A stretch of 30,487 nucleotides of DNA from an uncultured virus (IMG/VR IMGVR_UViG_2049941000_000098) (lineage: Duplodnaviria; Heunggongvirae; Uroviricota; Caudoviricetes): the IMG/VR virus record IMGVR_UViG_2049941000_000098. One strand, given 5' to 3'. The notes under the pieces were generated by a model, which searched no databases, was not told the DNA's origin, and was given only the letters and a program-made list of their open reading frames with translations. The position numbers and the translations under genes were made by a program. Shown one piece after another: positions 10,550 through 19,393 of the stretch; within the stretch, counting starts at the first letter, position 1; each line of letters begins with the position of its first letter.

Positions 10550-11052
10550 ACACGTTTTCTTAAAAAATATTTCCTACATCCAAATGAAATCGGTTTACTA
10601 TCGTAACACTTAATCATTCGTAACTCGCAAAACCGTGTCCCAAGATTGTATGACATACATTCCTCGCATTTGGTCGGCAAATCCGATTCGTCCTGTAATA
10701 TTTCAGGTTCTGTAACATGCGTGTCTTGGGCAAGTTGCGCGTAATCGATAATATCCTTCCACCGCGCGACAAACTTTCTATCCAACGATAAAAGCGTCCG
10801 CACACACTTGACCGCATACGACACCGTTGAATGGTCGATTTTTAAAAGTTCGCCGACCGACATGAGGGACATTCCGTATTTGATGTGCAAGATGTACGCC
10901 ACAAGTTGACGACCCTCACACAACGAACGCCAACGCCCCTTTGTCGTAATCGGTATCTTTGTTATTTCCTCGACCCGTGATATTATATCGTCCACCTCGT
11001 TCGTGTGTGTGTCGGAAATCGCGGGTGCAACCCAATAATTCACACTATCCAT
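10546..11052 (-). CDS. DnaA domain IV (C-terminal HTH) protein with a Cys-rich tail
   Basis: KGRWRSLCEGRQLVAYIL...SLMSVGELLKIDHSTVSYAVK matches the DnaA_C signature; CEEC...C...C tail; TGATG overlap supports the start. Confidence 0.75.
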   Translation of the reverse strand: MDSVNYWVAPAISDTHTNEVDDIISRVEEITKIPITTKGRWRSLCEGRQLVAYILHIKYGMSLMSVGELLKIDHSTVSYAVKCVRTLLSLDRKFVARWKDIIDYAQLAQDTHVTEPEILQDESDLPTKCEECMSYNLGTRFCELRMIKCYDSKPISFGCRKYFLRKRV

Positions 11053-11429
11053 CACATACCGATTCGTTTGCACATTTCGTTGACAATCTCGGCGGCGTAT
11101 TCCGCGGGGTTGTCGTATATCAACACTTTTTCAACATCTTTCCGCGTTAACTGATTGATGTTGAAGTCAATTAGGCGAATCACAATATCCTTTGCAAGTT
11201 TGAATTTTTCAATCACTTCGACATCCGTGTCGTCTTCCCACATAAAATGAAAAACATCATCCTGTGTGGTTGTCGGTTTTTCGGACGATTTCGGATTACT
11301 AACCGATATTGTGTTTGAACATCCGTCAAAACCGTCTTTCTTTTCAGTCAAATCTTTCTTTGCCTTTTCGACAGTTTCTTTGATTCTGTCGTTTTTTGTT
11401 GTCTTTTTTGTTGTCTTTTTTGTTGTCAT
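11052..11429 (-). CDS. Hypothetical protein with Lys/Thr-rich N-terminus
   Basis: 125 aa ORF starting MTTKKTTKKTTK. Confidence 0.7.
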   Translation of the reverse strand: MTTKKTTKKTTKNDRIKETVEKAKKDLTEKKDGFDGCSNTISVSNPKSSEKPTTTQDDVFHFMWEDDTDVEVIEKFKLAKDIVIRLIDFNINQLTRKDVEKVLIYDNPAEYAAEIVNEMCKRIGM

Positions 11430-11441
11430 GATTTCACTTTT

Positions 11442-11966
11442 TTATTGTTCGTTGTTAAATTTTTCCCGCAAATGTGATGCCATTTCCATCGCCGCAATAT
11501 ACACAATCGGATTGTTATCGTAACATTCCTCAAGATGTTTCGCGAATAGTGCGTCGTCACACATACAATCGTCACATTCCGATTCATCGACGCATTCCCG
11601 AACCCAAATGTGCATATCGACAAGAATGTCAAACAGTGTCGTTTCCGCCGCTTCGTAATAGGAATCGTAACATATATTGTTGTACTTGTCACAATAACTG
11701 TTCCCGTTGTTGTCACACACGGTGACACAGAACTTTTGGTTGTTACGGATTATCGACACGAACACGTTGTGTCTTTCACGCAACCACTTCATCGCGAACG
11801 ACATTGTGGGTGCGGCGACGACATCCTTTGAAAAAAACTCGTTCCTGATTGGTGTGCCGTGGTTGAAATGACCACTGATGTAAAAAGTGTCGCACCATTC
11901 GTTAAATCCGTTTTCCTTTAACAGGTCGGCGATGCGTACCGACACAAAATCATCTTTCAAATTCAT
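11442..11966 (-). CDS. Phage protein, APT-x5-WLR family, paralog 2 (C-terminal extension)
   Basis: DDFVS..IADLLKENGFNEWC...APTMSFAMKWLR. Confidence 0.8.
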   Translation of the reverse strand: MNLKDDFVSVRIADLLKENGFNEWCDTFYISGHFNHGTPIRNEFFSKDVVAAPTMSFAMKWLRERHNVFVSIIRNNQKFCVTVCDNNGNSYCDKYNNICYDSYYEAAETTLFDILVDMHIWVRECVDESECDDCMCDDALFAKHLEECYDNNPIVYIAAMEMASHLREKFNNEQ

Positions 11967-11998
11967 AATATTTATAATACTATTTTAANNNNNNNNNN

Positions 11999-12068
11999 TT
12001 CCGTCCCACACAAATTAACCACCAAAAACCATTAGAAATGCAAAAAACTTACCTTCATCACAAATATA
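11999..12068 (-). ncRNA. Candidate small RNA or long leader behind a TATATTTG box (12061-12068)
   Basis: U/G-rich transcript that runs into a GC-rich arm (GTGGGACGGAA) at an N gap. Confidence 0.3.
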
Positions 12069-12069
12069 A

Positions 12070-12318
12070 TCATTTTTTCGTATGCAAATCGATAACGAGG
12101 TCGGTCAAAAAATCCAACATCTGTGGATTGTTTTCGCACAGCGACCGCAATCCTTTTTTCAACAAATCGTCGGATATGTTCAGGTCAACGAACGCCCCGC
12201 CGTCCTGTTCTTCCGCAATCATCATGTAATTGTCCCCGAACATCACCGCGTTTATCGCGCGTTGTTGCCATTCGTTCAACCGAATAATCCGTGTGTGTGG
12301 TTCAAAAAACCCGTTCAT
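12070..12318 (-). CDS. Hypothetical protein
   Basis: 82 aa ORF with ATGA overlap. Confidence 0.7.
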   Translation of the reverse strand: MNGFFEPHTRIIRLNEWQQRAINAVMFGDNYMMIAEEQDGGAFVDLNISDDLLKKGLRSLCENNPQMLDFLTDLVIDLHTKK

Positions 12319-12815
12319 CTTACTAAAAATTTTGTTGCGAACATAATCGCTAATTCAACACATTTGTTATAGTTGGTGATATTGATACCGCTGTCTGTGG
12401 CAATCAGGTTAAGGTCACGGTCGAAATATTGGAACGCCCATGTGTCCTTGCCTGTTTCCGCGCACTTTTCAACGTAGAACGACGTGTAAACATTTTTCCG
12501 TCGCAACCACTCTAACGCCTGTCCGTGCGTCGGGGCGGGTGTCACCCACATAGCCTTGTAATCGGACGTGACAAGTTCGCCGTTACTTGTGTAATGTGAA
12601 TACATAAGGCAATCAAAACCTTTCGACCTCATCAGTTTCGCCGTTTCAAACGGTACGTAAACATTAANNNNNNNNNNNNNNNNNNNNNNNNNNNNNNNNN
12701 NNNNNNNNNNNNNNNNNNNNNNNNNNNNNNNNNNNNNNNNNNNNNNNNNNNNNNNNNNNNNNNNNNNNNNNNNNNNNNNNNNNNNNNNNNNNNNNNNNNN
12801 NNNNNNTTCCACCAT
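12315..12815 (-). CDS. Phage protein, APT-x5-WLR family, paralog 3 (5' part in a gap)
   Basis: YVPFETAKLMRSKGFDC...APTHGQALEWLR; start uncertain. Confidence 0.7.
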   Translation of the reverse strand: MVEXXXXXXXXXXXXXXXXXXXXXXXXXXXXXXXXXXXXXXXXXXXXXXXNVYVPFETAKLMRSKGFDCLMYSHYTSNGELVTSDYKAMWVTPAPTHGQALEWLRRKNVYTSFYVEKCAETGKDTWAFQYFDRDLNLIATDSGINITNYNKCVELAIMFATKFLVR

Positions 12816-12984
12816 AATCAAAAACCCGTCAAAAGAAACCGCGATTTATGGTCGGGGTAAGAAACGACGGATTCTGTTTCTTATAAAGAACGTAATATTG
12901 TGCCGATAAATGTATATATTTTTTTAATACTACAATACGTTTGTGTGTTTTTTTTCAAACACATTTTCCGTTCAAATGTTGCGG

Positions 12985-13761
12985 TCATGGTTTATTGAAC
13001 TGTTTGACAAACCTGTTTATCTTATCGACATAACCGTCCGACATTTCAATCATGTTCACCGATTTGACGGTTGACAATTTCGCAATTAAAAACGGGTTGT
13101 GCAACACCGCGATTATTTGCGTGTCGTCCTTCAGTTCGGACAATATGCCGTACAATTCCATGATACGTTCCATATCCACGGAATTGTCGGGTTCGTCCAT
13201 TAAAATAGTCCACGTATTGTCGTTTTCCAACACACGGTGTTTGTCGATATAATCCATGTACGGTTCACAATCACCAAAGACGGTTTTGTAGTTGAACGTC
13301 GTTTTTGTGTTTTTTGAATACATGTGTTCAAACAACGTCAACAACGCGTATGCCGTTTTCTGACCCCTCGACATGGTATTTAACTCGTAATGTTCACCGA
13401 AACGTCTGAACGATTCCAACGCCACATTCGGGTCACGGTCTTCGGCGGCGAACGTCGAAAACGTGTTCAATCGGTAATCGGCGTAAACGTCCGCGCCATC
13501 GCGCATTTTGCCGTTCACCCAATCGTACACCCTGTGTATGACAGAATTGTATTCACCCCGTCCGCATTCGTCCTGATACACCGCCAAATACGCACGCAAC
13601 ATGTTCAACAACGTCGTCTTTCCACACCCGTTTTCCCCGACAATGACGTTCACACGGTTCGTGAATGTGTATTCCGAACCGTTTGCGAACATCGGTAATT
13701 TGGTGACATAATGCCCAAGCGGGGTGTTCGTGTTATCCGTTATTTTGATTTTCCGTATCAT
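12985..13761 (-). CDS. Stand-alone ABC-type ATPase
   Basis: Walker A GENGCGKTT, signature MSRGQ, Walker B ILMDEPD, H-loop VLHNP. Confidence 0.85.
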   Translation of the reverse strand: MIRKIKITDNTNTPLGHYVTKLPMFANGSEYTFTNRVNVIVGENGCGKTTLLNMLRAYLAVYQDECGRGEYNSVIHRVYDWVNGKMRDGADVYADYRLNTFSTFAAEDRDPNVALESFRRFGEHYELNTMSRGQKTAYALLTLFEHMYSKNTKTTFNYKTVFGDCEPYMDYIDKHRVLENDNTWTILMDEPDNSVDMERIMELYGILSELKDDTQIIAVLHNPFLIAKLSTVKSVNMIEMSDGYVDKINRFVKQFNKP

Positions 13762-14118
13762 TTTCGGGGGTTTCTAATGATTTGAAAAACTCTGACACCG
13801 AAATCAANNNNNNNNNNGGCGAAATTCTCCATCGCCCGTTGTTGATGACGCAACTTTTCCTTACATTCAAGGATTGTTTTTTGCATCTGTTCCACGTTAC
13901 CGCCGTATTCGTCAACGATTTTCCGACGGGNNNNNNNNNNNNNNNNNNNNNNNNNNNNNNNNNNNNNNNNNNNNNTTCTCGTTCTTATGACGCAGTTCCT
14001 TGACCTCGTTTTCGAGACTGTCTGTGTATCTGCACAGCCGCGAGTATTCCTTGACAAGCGAACGATACATCGCTGACAACGGAATCGAATTATTTAAGGG
14101 TTTGTCAGTGTTTTTCAT
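13758..14118 (-). CDS. Coiled-coil hypothetical protein spanning two gaps
   Basis: Fragments MKNTDKPLN..., RRKIVDEY..., FQIIRNPRK* with ATGA overlaps at both ends. Confidence 0.55.
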
Positions 14119-14357
14119 TTGTATTTTTGTTTAAAACGTAATTCCTCAACCTTGTTTTTTATGTATTGACGGCGGCAACTGTTGAGGCGTTTGACCGCCA
14201 TGTCCTTATCCCAAATGGATTCTTCGATATAGTCAACCAACGGTTCGTTGTGCATTATGTCGTAACAAACCCCCGTGACACATGAATCCGACCATGTGTT
14301 GATGTAATATTCCTTGTTGGCTTTCCGCCGCAACCGCCGCAACAATGCCGTTTTCAT
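14115..14357 (-). CDS. Hypothetical protein (MKTALLRRLRRK...)
   Basis: ATGA overlap with the upstream gene defines the start. Confidence 0.7.
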   Translation of the reverse strand: MKTALLRRLRRKANKEYYINTWSDSCVTGVCYDIMHNEPLVDYIEESIWDKDMAVKRLNSCRRQYIKNKVEELRFKQKYK

Positions 14358-14833
14358 AAATTGTAAATACCAATTATCATGGTTACTATACACGCGATTT
14401 CCGCCCAAAACGTGAAATGTTTGCGACCGATAAACATTGCCATCAGAACGAATGTGATGACACCAGCCGATATTGCTACCCAATCATGCACCAACACGAA
14501 ATACAACGTTGCAAAAAACGCCCAAACGCCCGCAGACGTGTAATGTACTGCCGCCGTCAGGTGTTCCTTGAACGCGCACGCCGCCCCGACGAAACACATA
14601 CCCGATATTGAAAGAAACGGGATGAATTGTAGGGACGGTTTCGACACTGATACCCAATAAATCAAAATCGGAAGTCCCACCGCCCACATAATGAATGTGA
14701 ACAAATAGTCCCTACCCTTGCCTTTCCATAGGTAATGTGTTTCTGAAATTGACTTCGGAATTCCGAATGTCATTACAGTCACAATCAAATACGCGACAAT
14801 AGTCGCAACCGCAAAAAAATAAAGTGCTTTCAT
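14354..14833 (-). CDS. Polytopic membrane protein
   Basis: About six hydrophobic helices; GIPKSISETHY and VHYTSA motifs. Confidence 0.8.
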   Translation of the reverse strand: MKALYFFAVATIVAYLIVTVMTFGIPKSISETHYLWKGKGRDYLFTFIMWAVGLPILIYWVSVSKPSLQFIPFLSISGMCFVGAACAFKEHLTAAVHYTSAGVWAFFATLYFVLVHDWVAISAGVITFVLMAMFIGRKHFTFWAEIACIVTMIIGIYNL

Positions 14834-15177
14834 TTTGTTTTGTTTTTAGTTAAACGTTTTATTCTATTTTGTTTTGTTTGTTCGTTGTTCGCGTTATCCA
14901 ACGGTGAAGCCCATCGTAGGTTACAAAGACGGTTGTCGGCGCGGTTTGTGTTGATATGGTCAACGTATGGTTTTCCCTCAATCGGGGGTAAAAACGCTTT
15001 CGCGACAATCCGATGCACGGGGACGGCGGAAACCCAACCGTTCTTATCTTTCAGGTACACGGCGGCGTAACCGTTTTTCTGTATGTACTGTTTCAACGCC
15101 ACACCGTCTTTCTTACGATATACCGTGCCGTTGTCATCAACAACGTAATCCGTCCACCAACACACGTCTTTTGTCAT
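14830..15177 (-). CDS. HNH endonuclease
   Basis: VHRIVAKAF...VDHINTNRADNRLCNLRW. Confidence 0.9.
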   Translation of the reverse strand: MTKDVCWWTDYVVDDNGTVYRKKDGVALKQYIQKNGYAAVYLKDKNGWVSAVPVHRIVAKAFLPPIEGKPYVDHINTNRADNRLCNLRWASPLDNANNEQTKQNRIKRLTKNKTK

Positions 15178-15395
15178 AGTTCAAACGTGCCACTTAATAT
15201 CTCGTCCACAACAACCGCGACATATTCGTCACACGCCCTGTCGATTTCGGTCGGGGTTTTACCCTTTGCCTTGCGTAGTTTTTCCTTGTGTTCCTCGGAA
15301 ACCGATTGTTCGGCACTAAATACACACCTGACAATCGTCTTCCAATGTTCCCGCAATTCCGCCAATTCCGATTCGCTAACTTTTTTCTTCTCCAT
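15174..15395 (-). CDS. Hypothetical protein
   Basis: 73 aa coupled ORF. Confidence 0.7.
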   Translation of the reverse strand: MEKKKVSESELAELREHWKTIVRCVFSAEQSVSEEHKEKLRKAKGKTPTEIDRACDEYVAVVVDEILSGTFEL

Positions 15396-15664
15396 TTTTT
15401 ATCCGTTCTAATGTCCTGTTGATTTTATATTCAATCATTTTCTCTACCTCATCTTCAGGGATTTGTAAAAACACAATGAATTGCCGCAACAACACCATAC
15501 AGTCCGCCAATTCTTCGGTTATCGCGGCTTTGTTACACGCGTTGAGACGGTAATCGAATTTTTCCCATTCCAACCCGTCCTCGTAACCCGTAACCGCCTC
15601 GATAAATNNNNNNNNNNAACCCGAATCGGTTTATTATCTCCAATAGTTTGTCCGTATTTTTCAT
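15376..15664 (-). CDS. MazG-like NTP pyrophosphohydrolase (N gap inside)
   Basis: EIINRFG...FIEAV...ITEELADCMVLLRQ...KINRTLERI. Confidence 0.7.
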
Positions 15665-15864
15665 AACTCCTGTCCTGTATTGATTATGTACCCCGTCAAC
15701 CCACACAAACCACAACGGATGTCTTTAAGACTTGTGTACAACGGCAACACGGTTTCCCAACGCTTGCCGCATTTCACACACATCAATTCAACGTCACGTC
15801 CGATAGTCGGGTTTGCGTTTGTGACATTTTGTGGGTTTATCGTTCTACCGTGTTCCGTTATCAT
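15661..15864 (-). CDS. Zinc-ribbon protein
   Basis: CVKCG and CGLCG. Confidence 0.7.
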   Translation of the reverse strand: MITEHGRTINPQNVTNANPTIGRDVELMCVKCGKRWETVLPLYTSLKDIRCGLCGLTGYIINTGQEL

Positions 15865-16337
15865 TGTTCAGTGTTTGTGTTGTTTGCGGTTACTTTTTGT
15901 AATTCGTTCATACGCGCCACATTATCATTCTGTGTTTCGATTAGGAAGTCCTTGACTTTTTTGTAATAATCAATCGCATCCACGATGTTCGGGAAAAACC
16001 GATTATTCGGGTAAACGTTCACAGGCGATACCATGACACGGACGGCGTAAACGACACTCAGCGGTACGGTGAACGTGGCGACACCGATTGTCCTGCCCGT
16101 TTCGCCCGCCGACACCGTCACACCGTCAAGGATTGAGTTAAGGAATACACTATCATTTGTAACCTCATACATTTCGGCAATTCCGTTATAGGTGGAACAC
16201 ATCGCGATACGCGGCGCAAAACTGATGTCCTTACCATTGTGCTTGACTGTACCGCTTTCTTGTAACGACATGATTTGGTCATCGGTTAACCCCGTCCAAA
16301 CCAATTCGTTGCGTAGATAATACTTTTTTAACTCCAT
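15861..16337 (-). CDS. Hypothetical protein
   Basis: 158 aa ORF, first gene after a promoter. Confidence 0.75.
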   Translation of the reverse strand: MELKKYYLRNELVWTGLTDDQIMSLQESGTVKHNGKDISFAPRIAMCSTYNGIAEMYEVTNDSVFLNSILDGVTVSAGETGRTIGVATFTVPLSVVYAVRVMVSPVNVYPNNRFFPNIVDAIDYYKKVKDFLIETQNDNVARMNELQKVTANNTNTEQ

Positions 16338-16361
16338 TGTTGTTAATGTTTTTTAATTATT

Positions 16362-16417
16362 CCGTCACACTATCGTAACGGTTCGGCAAATATAATAATC
16401 GTTTTGTTACATACAAC
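16362..16417 (-). promoter_or_regulatory. Promoter (TATATTTG 16387-16394) with AUAG-loop hairpin (16362-16381)
   Basis: GTTGTATGTAACAAAACGATTATTATATTTGCC then CCGTTACG-ATAG-TGTGACGG. Confidence 0.8.
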
Positions 16418-16454
16418 AAAAAAAGCGGAAACTTTTTTAGGGCTTCCGCTTTTT
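16418..16454. terminator. Bidirectional intrinsic terminator
   Basis: AAAAAGCGGAA...TTCCGCTTTTT. Confidence 0.75.
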
Positions 16455-16598
16455 GATTTTTTCGGGGTTATATTTTTTTGTTTANNNNNNNNNNNNNNNN
16501 NNNNNNNNNNNNNNNNNNNNNNNNNNNNNNNNNNNNNNNNNNNNNNNNNNNNNNNNNNNNNNNNNNNNNNNNNNNNNNNNNNNNNNNNNNNNNNNNNN

Positions 16599-17378
16599 AA
16601 AGTCTATTTCATTTCCTTTTGAATCCTCAAAAAAAGTATCTTCATATACGGAATATACTATATTCTGATTTTCTAATGATATTTGTTTTGCATACTCAAT
16701 CGCCTCATCTTCCGTATCAAAACCTTCTAACATTGTATGCTCTTCCCACACACTATAACCTGTGTTTTCCTTAACAATATCATTACTTAAACCATACTCA
16801 CTTTCAATGGCATCAACCACCATTTCATATAGCCCTTGATTTTTCATTAGTTGTTTTGTTCTATTCCAATAAGGCACTTCAAAACCAAGTGTTTTATCAA
16901 CAATATAACCACTGGTTTCCCACTCATATTCAATATTGTCAGAATATACGTAGGCGTTCATAAGGGCTATAAAATCGTCATCTTCCGCATCAGTTACTTG
17001 AAAGCACCTATCCACACCACTAACAATAGGCTTACGCTCTTCTATATAAGGTGAAAAATGGTCTAAAATGGAATCCTTAATTCTACGCGAATCGGAAATC
17101 GAACCACCTTTGCAAACGTCAATTTCACGGCGACCGTCTTTTACCTGACGACGTTTTGAATCACGGACGGGACGGACGTTCGCGGCTGACAGGTCAATCA
17201 TCGGATTGTCGTTACCGTCGATATACTGTTGAATGAAATCACTTAACGCCCCCTCATATGAATCCTCGTCGTCGAAAATAACCCCGTTTTCATCCAATTG
17301 CGTTTCAAACTCCTGTTGTAACGCTACCAATTCACCGTATGAAATGTCGCGTTGTTCGTCGTTTATTCGTATTCTCAT
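16599..17378 (-). CDS. Modular acidic protein with clustered [VI]xD[SG] linkers; putative internal head protein (3' end in a gap)
   Basis: VRDS, VKDG, ISDS and IKDS lie within about 35 aa, separating two acidic regions. Confidence 0.7.
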
Positions 17379-17407
17379 ATTCGTATATGTTTAAAATTTT
17401 ACAATCA

Positions 17408-17456
17408 CAAATATACAAAAAAAACGTGATTCCGAATCACCGAAACCACGTTTTTT
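17408..17456 (-). terminator. Terminator hairpin abutting a TATATTTG promoter box (17408-17415)
   Basis: AAAAAACGTGGTTTCG...CGGAATCACGTTTTTTTT-G-TATATTTG. Confidence 0.75.
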
Positions 17457-17472
17457 ACACACGAATAACAAT

Positions 17473-17907
17473 TTACGCCACGCCTGACTTTTCCAAATCC
17501 TCCGCCTGTCGGATTGCGATGTACGACGTTTCCAACAAATCCAAGGCGCGTTCCCCGTACTTTTTGCGTAGTTCAAACAGCGGTTTGTACGGGTTTTTGT
17601 CGATGTTGACCTTCCCTTTTTCCGAATCGAACCAAATCGGTTGTAACGCGAACTCAATCAGGAAACGTTGTGTCGGCACGTCCAAATCGTTGAACACACC
17701 CTCATACACAAACACCTGAATAATATTGTCGGTTTCAGTCAAAAATTCCGTCGGTTCGGGTGCTTTCACCGCCTTGACGACATCCTTTTGTTTGGTGATA
17801 CCGAACACCTGCAGGGTCATCGATTCGTTCAATCCGAATTTTTCAAATTGTTCTTTAACCATTTTGACGATTTCCTCGTCGGGTTCAAAAATTTTCTTTT
17901 TAGCCAT
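17473..17907 (-). CDS. Conserved phage protein, possibly a phage-metallopeptidase fold lacking HExxH
   Basis: VYEGVFNDLDVPTQRFLIEFALQPI resembles the helix that carries HExxH in that family, but the His ligands are absent. Confidence 0.55.
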   Translation of the reverse strand: MAKKKIFEPDEEIVKMVKEQFEKFGLNESMTLQVFGITKQKDVVKAVKAPEPTEFLTETDNIIQVFVYEGVFNDLDVPTQRFLIEFALQPIWFDSEKGKVNIDKNPYKPLFELRKKYGERALDLLETSYIAIRQAEDLEKSGVA

Positions 17908-17928
17908 GATAAATCATTTTAATTGTTG

Positions 17929-18888
17929 TTATTCCGATAAAATCTCATCCAAATACTTGTAATCGTCTTCCGTCATGTCGTACAACGCTTTCTTGCCGAT
18001 GTATTTACTACCGTTGCCAAGAACATACGAACGACCGCTCAATTCAATGAATCCGCGTTCCAACGCCGCGTCAATCACACCCATTTTGTTTGACACACCC
18101 ACGCCGTATATGAAATTCTGTTCAATCATCATCGGAGCGTGAATCTTGTTTTTTTCGTATTTCATACGCATTACGTGACCGATAATATTGCCTTCGGGGT
18201 CTTTCAACGCCGTACCACGGGCGATTTGAAGAATCGCGTCAGGAACGTGTTTAGCCGCGTAACCGCCCGCCTGTTTCTTGTCCGACGCGCCGTATGTCGG
18301 CACGGTTTGGATGTTGGCACGCGCCTGTGACATCACGATACATATAACGTCGTTAAGATGGACGGCACATTTCAATTTCAAAAGCATGTCCTTCGACTGA
18401 CGGGCATGCTCGCCGATTGTTTGTTTTTCGATGTCAATATCCTCGGCGGGTTTTGCAAGCAATTCCGTAATCGAGTCGATTATAATCAACTTAACCATTT
18501 GTTTGTCGATGAACTTTTTACATACTTCGTCACATTGTTTCATCGTCACAATGCGGTCAAGGTGATACAACTGACGGGGTTCGTTCTTGTCTTTCGGACA
18601 ATACTTCGTCAACCCGTATATTTGCTTTTGAACGTCGTTAAGGGATTTTTCCGAATCGATATACAAAACGGAATAACCGTCGTCACAGAATTTGCGGGCG
18701 ATTTGTGCGCACAGTGACGATTTACCCGTACCCGCGTCGCCCCAAAAGCCGTACATTGTCCCCTCAAGGAGTCCGCCGCCCGATATTTCGTCGAGTGCTT
18801 TGATTCCCGTTGAAATGAACGTCATTTCACCATCGGACGAATATTCGTCCATTATGTCGTCAATCGACACATCAGTTTTTTTTGCCAT
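17929..18888 (-). CDS. recA: RecA/UvsX-family recombinase
   Basis: ISTGIKALDEISGGGL, GDAGTGKSSL, YIDSE, IIIDSI, IGEHAR, SQAR, EKNKI. Confidence 0.9.
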   Translation of the reverse strand: MAKKTDVSIDDIMDEYSSDGEMTFISTGIKALDEISGGGLLEGTMYGFWGDAGTGKSSLCAQIARKFCDDGYSVLYIDSEKSLNDVQKQIYGLTKYCPKDKNEPRQLYHLDRIVTMKQCDEVCKKFIDKQMVKLIIIDSITELLAKPAEDIDIEKQTIGEHARQSKDMLLKLKCAVHLNDVICIVMSQARANIQTVPTYGASDKKQAGGYAAKHVPDAILQIARGTALKDPEGNIIGHVMRMKYEKNKIHAPMMIEQNFIYGVGVSNKMGVIDAALERGFIELSGRSYVLGNGSKYIGKKALYDMTEDDYKYLDEILSE

Positions 18889-18895
18889 AATAAAA

Positions 18896-19381
18896 TCATT
18901 TTTTGGTTTTTGTTTTCTTTTCACGTTTTTTTCTCGGTGGCTTCGGGGGTTTGACTAAATCCTTTTCCCGATATTCCACAAAAACGTATTTCTCCCAACC
19001 CTCTTGTTTGTTCCACTCCTCAATCAACCGACGAATCAGTTTGCGGCGCAACGGGTAATCGCGAGCCTGTGCCGAAAAATTCGACTTGAACTCAACGATG
19101 TAATGCTGTAACCCGTTCGGGGTTTCCACGTCGTATGTGAAATCACATGTGTAAACCGCCTCCCGTTCCAACGACCGTTCGACATACTTGACTTTCGTTT
19201 TCAGTTGTACGGCGACCGTGCGTTTTAACGGTGGAATGATAACGAACGAATCGTGCATCGAAACATTCGTTATCTCACCGCTCCTCATTCGGGGCAATAT
19301 TTTTTGTTCAAAACAATGCCATTCAGGTTCGGAATCAAATGTTCCGTATTCGTTTTGAACTTTCTTACTTGGAATAAACAT
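18896..19381 (-). CDS. DUF1064-like PD-(D/E)xK nuclease
   Basis: SKKV...TFDSEPE, YTCDFTY, IVEFKS. Confidence 0.7.
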   Translation of the reverse strand: MFIPSKKVQNEYGTFDSEPEWHCFEQKILPRMRSGEITNVSMHDSFVIIPPLKRTVAVQLKTKVKYVERSLEREAVYTCDFTYDVETPNGLQHYIVEFKSNFSAQARDYPLRRKLIRRLIEEWNKQEGWEKYVFVEYREKDLVKPPKPPRKKREKKTKTKK

Positions 19382-19393
19382 ACAAATTGGTTA

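Noticed and set aside
10590..10610. GTTACGATAGT resembling the AUAG hairpin
   Set aside because: Inside a CDS, no promoter upstream and a poor 3' stem.
12807..12814. TTCCACCA at a gap edge as a tRNA or tmRNA 3' end on the plus strand
   Set aside because: Only 8 nt are visible, and they read equally well as ATG GTG GAA on the coding strand.
14830..15177. HNH gene as an intron-encoded homing endonuclease
   Set aside because: It overlaps both neighbours by ATGA with no room for intron structure and no interrupted host gene.
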